Shown here one piece after another: positions 56,972-64,000 of a stretch of DNA of 64,000 nucleotides (the stretch's first letter is position 1; every line of letters begins with the position of its first letter). This DNA is from Novipirellula rosea (GTDB lineage: Bacteria > Planctomycetota > Planctomycetia > Pirellulales > Pirellulaceae): contig NZ_BAABGA010000029.1 in the NCBI RefSeq assembly GCF_039541335.1, positions 211,215 to 275,214 on the forward strand. The letters run 5' to 3'. A program made the translations under genes and the position numbers. The notes under the pieces were generated by a model. It saw only the letters and a list, made by a program, of their open reading frames with translations, searched no databases and had not been told where the DNA came from.

Positions 56972-57994
56972 GTGTTTTCTCGCCGAATGAAGCTGTCCGC
57001 TGCCTCTGGCTTTTGCTATCGATTTGGAACCGGCATCAAAGCGGGGGCCGATTTGCTAGCGATGCTGCAGAGCGAAGCGGGCTATGGCCCACCTCGTCAA
57101 CGCGCGGCGATGGTGGCGATTCGCGAGGCGGCCAAACAGGGTGAACTGCTGAGTGAATCGATGAAGCGAGAGGATCCGTTTTTCCCACCGCTGTTGATCT
57201 CGATGGTTCGCGTGGGCGAAGCCACCGGGCGACTAGAGCGTGCCCTGCTGTCGCTGGCCGAGCATTACAAACACCGATTGGCGCTGCGTCAGAAATTTAT
57301 CAGTTCGCTCGCATGGCCTGCGATTCAATTGATTTTGGCCGTGTTGGTGGTGTCGCTATTCATTTGGTTGATGGGCCAATTTAATATGGCCGATATGCTC
57401 GGATTCGGGCTGACCGGCACCCAGGGCGTTTTGAAACTTTGGGCTTACTTGTTTGTCTTTTCGCTGTTCGTCGGCGCGGCCATCTGGGCGTTCATGCGAA
57501 ATGTCGGCGGGGTCCAGAATCTGATTCCGCTGCTCTACATGATTCCGGTGCTAGGCCCAGCTTTGCAGACAATCACATTGTCGCGATTTTGCTGGACCTT
57601 GTCGCTTAGTCTGGATGCGGGACTCGATCCGATTCGCTCGATCTACTTGGCACTCGAAAGCACCGATAGCGACTACTACAAAAGTGTCGGCAAGGATGCC
57701 GAAGAGGCGATCCTCGGTGGCGATTCACTCTCAGGGGCATTGAAGGCGACGCGGTTATTTCCCGATGAGTTCATCACTCGAGTGGAGATATCTGAGTTGT
57801 CGGGAACCGACGCCGAATCGATCGACATGCTCGCTCAAGAGTATGACGAGAAAGCGAAGCGTGCGGTCGGTACGCTGGCAGGACTTGCGACCGGCATCGT
57901 CTGGCTCGGCACCATGGGCGTGCTGGTCTTTTTGATCTTGCGGATCGCATTGAGCATCGGGGGCGCCTATAGCGACGCGTTGCAGCCAATCTAA
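56972..57994 (+). CDS. Type II secretion system F-domain protein (GspF/PilC/TadB-like)
   Basis: Three TM segments and a T2SSF-like cytoplasmic segment (PLLISMVRVGEATGRLERALLSLAEHY). Confidence 0.55.
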   Translation: MFSRRMKLSAASGFCYRFGTGIKAGADLLAMLQSEAGYGPPRQRAAMVAIREAAKQGELLSESMKREDPFFPPLLISMVRVGEATGRLERALLSLAEHYKHRLALRQKFISSLAWPAIQLILAVLVVSLFIWLMGQFNMADMLGFGLTGTQGVLKLWAYLFVFSLFVGAAIWAFMRNVGGVQNLIPLLYMIPVLGPALQTITLSRFCWTLSLSLDAGLDPIRSIYLALESTDSDYYKSVGKDAEEAILGGDSLSGALKATRLFPDEFITRVEISELSGTDAESIDMLAQEYDEKAKRAVGTLAGLATGIVWLGTMGVLVFLILRIALSIGGAYSDALQPI

Positions 57995-58137
57995 GGGAGA
58001 GGGCCCGGCCGGATCAATTTGCCCCAAGCGATGCGGATCCGGGATGCAGATCCGGCAGGATTCGTAAGTGATGGCGAGCTCATCACTGAGCCGCCATGCC
58101 GGAACTTCGCTCCGCTGCGAGTTACCGAAGGCCGATC

Positions 58138-58530
58138 CTAGGAATCGGTGGTCGTGATGACGATGCCGTCGTCCACAGGGATCTGGTCGGGAGACGTCAG
58201 CAAGCTGTCGCTGAGCGTGAAGATGATAAAGATCCCCAGAAACACGAAGGACGAGACAAATACGACAGCGTTAAACGGTTTGTCGTACAAGACGTGCATG
58301 AAAAACATGACGACAAGCGACGCTTTGACCGTCGCGATTGCCATTACCACGACCACGTCGTAATCGCCGAAAAAGCTAAAACTTGCTTGCGCAACAGTGA
58401 CGATCGTCAAGAAAACGAGCGCGGCGAAGACGCCAAACAAAATCGGCAACGGCAACGGGTGAGCAAAGTCATAGCCTTCGCGATGTTCACCAGCGGCATG
58501 GTCAGAAGAAGCGGAATCGTGAGCGGACAT
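58138..58530 (-). CDS. Cytochrome c oxidase subunit IV (prokaryotic CoxD/CtaF family)
   Basis: 130 aa, 3 TM, position after coxC. The [16 protein letters not shown] and MFFMHVLYD motifs fit the caa3 subunit IV family. Confidence 0.55.
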   Translation of the reverse strand: MSAHDSASSDHAAGEHREGYDFAHPLPLPILFGVFAALVFLTIVTVAQASFSFFGDYDVVVVMAIATVKASLVVMFFMHVLYDKPFNAVVFVSSFVFLGIFIIFTLSDSLLTSPDQIPVDDGIVITTTDS

Positions 58531-58630
58531 AATCGGTAAATCGAATGAGTTGTGTGTGTCGTCAAGCCGAGGCCCCGTTCGATACGTTCGCCAATGCGAT
58601 GACGTGGGGCCGCAAAAACCAATGAATGCG

Positions 58631-59893
58631 TTAGCGAATCAGATACAACAATGGGAACAGGTAGATCCAAATCAAGTCGACCAAGTGCCAATACAAACCG
58701 ACGTAGTCGACCGGGCCAAAGTAGTTGTGATTGAATTCTTGGCGAACTGATCGCACCAACAACCAGACCAACACTCCGATGCCCGCCAGGATGTGGATCG
58801 CGTGGACTCCGGTCATACAGTAGTAGATGCTAAAGAAGACGCCCGCTCGGCTCGGTGTCAAAAATTCACTCGGTACCGAATCGATTGTCGCATCAATTTC
58901 GTATTGACCCACAATAGCCGATCCGCTGGCCATCGCCGATTGACGTTCCATCGCGCTCAATTCGTTTTGAACACCGGTGTTGGTCGCGTCGGTTGCCAAT
59001 CGCTCTTGCACGCCGTACTCGGTACCCGCAACTTGGTTTTCAAGCGTTGCAAGTGATTCTGGTTTCGCGTGATCTGCGTTTTCGGCATGATCGTGACTCG
59101 CGACAACCGCATGCTCTTCGCCAGCATGCTCTTCTCCGGCGTGCTCGCCCGACTCGGAGGCGTGTGCTTCGGTCGAATCGCCACTTTCGAGAATCGTACC
59201 CAGTCCGACGCCGCCAAAGAAGCTTGCACAAACGACGATCAAAGGCAGTGCGACGGCGGCTTGGAATTTTTTACCTTGAAGTACCGCGATTGCGTACCAA
59301 ACCACCACACCGATCAGGGCGATGATGAAGGGGAAACAGATCCACAACAAGTAGTTGGGACCACCCTCGTGATGCGGATGGGCGGGGTCGTAGCTAAAGA
59401 GTCCCGCGGGCAACAATCCCATGTGGAACTTGTGCGAGTACTCGATCGCTTTGACGCCCAAGAAGACCATCGCACATGACAGCGTGGTTGCCAGCAGTGC
59501 GGTCAAGCCTTTGTGGTTCTCGGTTTGTGAACAGCGAACGGCCCAAGCCATCGTCAGCGAACTGAATAGCAGCACGCCGGTGTTGATCGCGCCCAGTTTA
59601 GTATTGAGGAACTGGCTGCAACCTTCAAAGACTTCCGGACGCAACGAGCGAAAGATCGCGTAGGCGCAAAACATGCCACCGAAGAACAGGACTTCGGTAA
59701 CAAGGAAGATCCAAATGCCAAGCTTGCCACTGTCGAACTGTTGTTCAGGAGTGTCAAAATGATGCGCCAAATACGACGGGTGATCGTGGTCATGATCATG
59801 AGCGCCGTGAGCGTCAGTCGCGGAATCAGCTTCGAGAGTGGACATGAAGATTGGAAGCAGGAAAAAGGTTGAAAGTGTCAGGAGCCGCGGCAC
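58631..59893 (-). CDS. ctaE: Cytochrome c oxidase subunit III (enlarged, with His-rich insertions)
   Basis: C-terminal [18 protein letters not shown] is a subunit III signature. 420 aa versus the usual ~200-270. Confidence 0.8.
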   Translation of the reverse strand: MPRLLTLSTFFLLPIFMSTLEADSATDAHGAHDHDHDHPSYLAHHFDTPEQQFDSGKLGIWIFLVTEVLFFGGMFCAYAIFRSLRPEVFEGCSQFLNTKLGAINTGVLLFSSLTMAWAVRCSQTENHKGLTALLATTLSCAMVFLGVKAIEYSHKFHMGLLPAGLFSYDPAHPHHEGGPNYLLWICFPFIIALIGVVVWYAIAVLQGKKFQAAVALPLIVVCASFFGGVGLGTILESGDSTEAHASESGEHAGEEHAGEEHAVVASHDHAENADHAKPESLATLENQVAGTEYGVQERLATDATNTGVQNELSAMERQSAMASGSAIVGQYEIDATIDSVPSEFLTPSRAGVFFSIYYCMTGVHAIHILAGIGVLVWLLVRSVRQEFNHNYFGPVDYVGLYWHLVDLIWIYLFPLLYLIR

Positions 59894-59938
59894 TCGACAG
59901 GGGAATACCGCGGTAAATCAATCGTTGATGATGAACGA

Positions 59939-61669
59939 CTAGTGCTTGTGGCTTGCGTGAGCTGGCGATTTCGCCGGATCCGACTCCGGAGCCAATTTGC
60001 GTTCAGGTTGAACCGTCACGTAGCGTTCGTCCGATTCTTCCCATTCGATGTCGTGGAAGTCGTAGGGGTCACCCACAACCGGAGCACGTTCAAAGTTGTA
60101 GAACGGTGGTGGGCTGGTGCAGTTCCATTCCAAAGTCGCTCCGCCCCATGGATTCGCAGGAGCTCGTTTGCCTCGGAACAATGAATGCATCAGCGTGATG
60201 AACGCGACCAAGATGCCAAAGCCCAGCAGCAACGCACCATAGGTGCTCATTTGATGCAAGAAAGCAAACTCGGGATCGTACGTCGCGTAACGTCGTGGCA
60301 TTCCACGGCTACCGAGCACGAACTGTGGCAAGAACGTCAAGTTGAAACCGAGGAACACGAGCAGTGCGGAAATCCGGCCACCTGTTTCGTTGAACATCTT
60401 GCCAAACAACTTCGGCCACCAGTGGAACACGCCGCCGAGGAACGCAACCAACGTCCCACCCACCATCACATAGTGAAAGTGAGCGACAACGAAGTAGGTA
60501 TCGTGCAAGTGTTGGTCCGTCGCCAAGGTTCCCAAGTGCAACCCGGTCAAACCACCAATCGTGAACAAAAAGATGAACGAGATGCCGTAGCACATGGGGG
60601 CGGTCAAGCTGATCGACCCTTTGTACATCGTGGCCAACCAGTTAAATACCTTGATCGCCGATGGAATCGAAACCGTAAAGGTCAACGCACTGAATACGAT
60701 CGTCGTCAGCGAGCTCATTCCTGCGGTGAACATGTGGTGTCCCCAAACCAGGAATCCCAGCAATGCAATCGCGATGGACGAGTAGGCGATAAAGCGATAG
60801 CCAAAGATGTGCTTGTGGCTGTGAACGCTGATGATTTCGCTGATGATACCGAAGGCAGGCAAAATCATGATGTAAACCGCAGGGTGACTGTAGAACCAGA
60901 AAAAGTGCTGGTAGGTCACCGGGTCACCGTTGAATTCAGGATTGAAAATCCCGATCTGCATCGTTCGCTCGGCGATCAGCAATAGCAGGGTGATCCCAAG
61001 TACGGGCGTCGCCAAAACTTGGATGATGCTGGTCGCGTAGGTTGCCCACAAGAACAACGGCATGCGGAACCATGTCATCCCCGGCGGACGCATTGTGTTG
61101 ATCGTGACGATGAAGTTCAAACCGGTAAAGATCGAGCTAAACCCAAGAATGAACGCCCCCATCGTGGCCATGATGACCGACGTGTCGGTCGTTGTGCTGT
61201 AAGGCGTGTAGAACGTCCAACCTGTATCGAGTCCACTCGAAAACAGTGCCATGACAAAGAAGATTGCCCCGAAAACCCACAGATAGAAACTACTCAGATT
61301 CAACCTGGGAAAGGCCACATCCTTTGCCCCCAGCATCACCGGAACTAAGAAGTTTCCGAGTGCCGCGGGGATACTTGGGATGATGAACAAGAACACCATG
61401 ATCGCGCCGTGCAGCGTGAACACTTGGTTGTAAATGTTGTTGGCGTTCGCACCGTGGAACATCCAGCCTTCGGGATCCATCAAGTGCAAACGAATCGCCA
61501 GCGCGAGCAGACCGCCCAACGCGAACGATACCGTGACCCCGATCAGGTACATCACGCCGATTCGTTTGTGGTCCAGCGTGAACATCCAACTCAGAATTCC
61601 CTTGGAATTCGTCAGATAGTTTTCTCGCTCGGTGGGAAACCCAGGGTCGCGAATGGTTCCAGCAGACAT
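59939..61669 (-). CDS. ctaD: Cytochrome c oxidase subunit I
   Basis: 12+ TM, heme-copper His ligands (WFFGHPEVY-like [15 protein letters not shown]), 576 aa. Confidence 0.95.
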   Translation of the reverse strand: MSAGTIRDPGFPTERENYLTNSKGILSWMFTLDHKRIGVMYLIGVTVSFALGGLLALAIRLHLMDPEGWMFHGANANNIYNQVFTLHGAIMVFLFIIPSIPAALGNFLVPVMLGAKDVAFPRLNLSSFYLWVFGAIFFVMALFSSGLDTGWTFYTPYSTTTDTSVIMATMGAFILGFSSIFTGLNFIVTINTMRPPGMTWFRMPLFLWATYATSIIQVLATPVLGITLLLLIAERTMQIGIFNPEFNGDPVTYQHFFWFYSHPAVYIMILPAFGIISEIISVHSHKHIFGYRFIAYSSIAIALLGFLVWGHHMFTAGMSSLTTIVFSALTFTVSIPSAIKVFNWLATMYKGSISLTAPMCYGISFIFLFTIGGLTGLHLGTLATDQHLHDTYFVVAHFHYVMVGGTLVAFLGGVFHWWPKLFGKMFNETGGRISALLVFLGFNLTFLPQFVLGSRGMPRRYATYDPEFAFLHQMSTYGALLLGFGILVAFITLMHSLFRGKRAPANPWGGATLEWNCTSPPPFYNFERAPVVGDPYDFHDIEWEESDERYVTVQPERKLAPESDPAKSPAHASHKH

Positions 61670-61856
61670 CTCAAATACCTCGTCAAACGCAGGAAATGCG
61701 TCAGTCTTCTATCGTTGAGCCGACAAACGTCGGTCGTTATTTCAAATGGTTTCGGTTCACAGCTTCATTCTGAAGACTGCGGTGGTGGGGCTCAAGGACG
61801 TTTTTTCTCGATCTGCCTCAGACGCGAGTGAAAAACGATCGTTCACGGCACCCGGT

Positions 61857-62996
61857 TTACTCTGTTTTCTCTTCGGCTTTTTCCTCGGCCGCAGCTTCCG
61901 ATGCCGGTTCGGCGTTGGCCGAAAGCGACTTGATGTAGGCGACCAGCGAATCCAAATCGTCGTCGCTGAGTTGTCCCTTGTAACTAGGCATCACAGGTTG
62001 GAAACCGGCGACGACCTTGGCTTTCGGCACAAGGATCGATTCGCGGACGTAGTTTTCGTCCATCATCACCTTCTCGCCATTGGCCAATTGGCGAGTCGTG
62101 CCAAAGGCGTCTTTGTAGGTCGGACCTGTTCCGCTTGTTCCATTGTTTGTGTGACAGCCGACACATCCGCGACGGGCATACAGTTTCTCGCCGTAAGCTT
62201 CCAGCGTGTCGGTACCACGACTGCTATATTTTTTGATCCAAGCGTCGAGATCTTCACGCGTTTCGTGAACGACGACAACAGTTTGCATTTGCGAATGGTC
62301 TTGCCCACAGTACTCGGCACAGTACAGGTCATAGAACCGATAGCCATCGGGGGTGAATTGCCATTTGTCGTAATCCCACGCGGTGGCGCTTTCCTTGGTC
62401 CACTGAGTCGCCTTGGCAAGTTCTTCGTCGCTGACTTTCTCGGTCACCTTGGTGGGGTGGAACCACATGTAGTTGTAACGACCGGGAACCACGTCTTTCT
62501 TGGCGCGAAATGCGGGGATGTACAAGCTGTGAATGACGTCACTGCTCTGCATCGTCAATTTGACAGGTTCGTTGACCAATAGGTGCAATTCAGGATGGTA
62601 GGTGCCGCGGCCGTAATCCATCGACCAACTCCACTTGGACGATTGCACGCCGATTTCGTTGGCACCTTCAGGAATCGTTCGCATGTCGAGGTAGGCACGG
62701 GCGCCCATCACAAACATGCCGACCATGAAGATCGAAGGGCCGATCGACCACAACAATTCGATCGGGGTGTTGTGCGAGACTTGGCTCTCTGCCTTCTGTC
62801 CCTTGGGCTTGTGGTACTTTGCAGCAAAGTAGAACAAGCAAATCGAGATCGGGATAAAGAAGAAAACGCAGACGGCGGTGATGGCATAATAAAGCCAATC
62901 CGAATCTGCAGCGAATGTCGACGCGGAATCCGGAAACCAAGCGTAGTCTTCGGTGTAATCGCTCAGCAGGGAAAATGCGGCAGGTAACATAGCCAT
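61857..62996 (-). CDS. ctaC: Cytochrome c oxidase subunit II with fused C-terminal cytochrome c domain (caa3-type)
   Basis: CuA site CAEYCGQDHSQM, C-terminal CVGCH heme c motif. Confidence 0.9.
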   Translation of the reverse strand: MAMLPAAFSLLSDYTEDYAWFPDSASTFAADSDWLYYAITAVCVFFFIPISICLFYFAAKYHKPKGQKAESQVSHNTPIELLWSIGPSIFMVGMFVMGARAYLDMRTIPEGANEIGVQSSKWSWSMDYGRGTYHPELHLLVNEPVKLTMQSSDVIHSLYIPAFRAKKDVVPGRYNYMWFHPTKVTEKVSDEELAKATQWTKESATAWDYDKWQFTPDGYRFYDLYCAEYCGQDHSQMQTVVVVHETREDLDAWIKKYSSRGTDTLEAYGEKLYARRGCVGCHTNNGTSGTGPTYKDAFGTTRQLANGEKVMMDENYVRESILVPKAKVVAGFQPVMPSYKGQLSDDDLDSLVAYIKSLSANAEPASEAAAEEKAEEKTE

Positions 62997-63089
62997 CGTT
63001 TATCTGTTAGTCAGTTGCAAAATAAAATTTGGGTTCAAGCCGGATGCTTCGCATTCGCTCCAGCAAGTCTCGATTGTTGGCAATCGAGG

Positions 63090-63998
63090 TTACGTTTCGT
63101 TTTTTACATTCAAGTCGTTGTCGACTGCATCGGTCATCGTTTCGCCGCCGTTCAGCATTTCAGTGTCATCCCTGGGGACGACCGATACTCCGCCTTTGCG
63201 GCCCAGCCAATACGGCGCCAAGCAGGCAAGCATCAATCCGATCATCGCAGCTCCGCCGAGTCGCATTAGTCGCCAGGCGTGCCAGGTGTAACTATTGGAA
63301 TCGGGATCGTAGCTGTAACACCACTGGATAAATTGGTCGACCGGGGTTCCCACGGTTCCTTCGCCCGCTTCGACAAGTGCGAGTTTCAGTTGGTCGGTGG
63401 GAAAGTCGATTGCCAGCGAGTACCGCGAGATCACACCCTCAGGCGAGATGAACGCGAGCATCGCGGGATGGTTGTATTCTTTGCTTCGTGCGTCGTATCG
63501 GTAACGAAACCCAAGCACATCGGCCAATTTGGTGATCACAGGTTGTTTTGCCGTGCAAAACGCCCAGCCGTCGGCAGCCTTGGGATGGTTCGTTAGTTGA
63601 TCGATGTACTTTTGTTTTGTCTCGCGAACACGTTCGGTTGATTCTTTGGGGTCAATGCTGACCGTCAAAATCTGAAAGTCTTCGCCAATTTTCAGTTCAA
63701 GCTTGTTGAGCGAATCGGCCAATCGATTCAGTTGCACGTTGCACAGCATGGGACAGTTGCTGTAGTTCAGCGTGATGATCGTCGGCCGTTTGCTATCAAT
63801 GTAATATCCGGTTTTCGTTTTTCGTCCAAGCGAATCGAGCAGAGGTAGATCCAACGGAACAAGGTCGCCCAGTTTTTGTTCGACCGTGATCCCGCGGGCT
63901 TCCAATGGCAGCAAATTGTTTGTGACCGGGGCACCTTCACGCACCCCACCGTCCTGGGCCATCGCCGCAGGAGCGGTAGCGCACAAACCGACCAACAA
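63090..63998 (-). CDS. SCO1/SenC copper chaperone
   Basis: ITLNYSNCPMLCN thioredoxin-like CxxxC SCO motif. The start is near the window edge and may be truncated. Confidence 0.8.
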   Translation of the reverse strand: MLVGLCATAPAAMAQDGGVREGAPVTNNLLPLEARGITVEQKLGDLVPLDLPLLDSLGRKTKTGYYIDSKRPTIITLNYSNCPMLCNVQLNRLADSLNKLELKIGEDFQILTVSIDPKESTERVRETKQKYIDQLTNHPKAADGWAFCTAKQPVITKLADVLGFRYRYDARSKEYNHPAMLAFISPEGVISRYSLAIDFPTDQLKLALVEAGEGTVGTPVDQFIQWCYSYDPDSNSYTWHAWRLMRLGGAAMIGLMLACLAPYWLGRKGGVSVVPRDDTEMLNGGETMTDAVDNDLNVKNET

Positions 63999-64000
63999 CA

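Noticed and set aside
60185-62582. Plus-strand ORFs of 266 and 278 aa
   Set aside because: Antisense to cytochrome oxidase subunits I and II, which are unmistakable.
1-64000. tRNA or rRNA genes in intergenic gaps (for example 6396-6577, 18776-18990, 48417-48788, 49980-50280, 56236-56512)
   Set aside because: I could not identify cloverleaf-consistent anticodon or T-arm (GTTCRANYC) patterns by eye. A tRNAscan or Infernal run would be needed. None is claimed.

Overview
High-GC (~57%) chromosomal segment that looks Planctomycetes-like (Pirellulaceae-type). The content supporting that call is Tat-signal Gfo/Idh/MocA oxidoreductase, sulfatase, PVC-type heme-binding dehydrogenase-domain protein and Tad pseudopilins. 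Gene order from left to right: a Ser/Thr kinase with a PP2C phosphatase; a GT61 glycosyltransferase; a FAAL-ACP plus a single-module fully reducing type I PKS (KS-AT-DH-ER-KR-ACP), followed by a TadE/TadG/TadE minor-pilin triad; a predicted outer-membrane protein (signal peptide, C-terminal Phe) with a 21-bp tandem array upstream; an oxidoreductase and a sulfatase; then an NfeD-flotillin pair whose downstream partner is a 1752-aa AAA+ coiled-coil ATPase, with an IS200-like RAYT transposase and inverted REP arrays inserted between flotillin and the giant gene. After that come a heme-c dehydrogenase, a phosphodiesterase, a TPR-redoxin/PqiA/PqiB/TlpA envelope-redox cluster, an Na+/H+ antiporter with CBS domains, an SLC12-like transporter, acetyl-CoA synthetase, a histidine kinase, a GspF-domain protein, and a caa3-type cytochrome c oxidase operon (SCO1-coxB-coxA-coxC-coxD). 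The most unusual item is the NfeD-flotillin-giant ATPase module, a three-gene combination I do not recognise as a described system. Also notable are a dispersed palindromic REP-like repeat family, three short tandem-repeat arrays, and a perfect 20-bp hairpin. No rRNA, tRNA or CRISPR could be recognised by eye.
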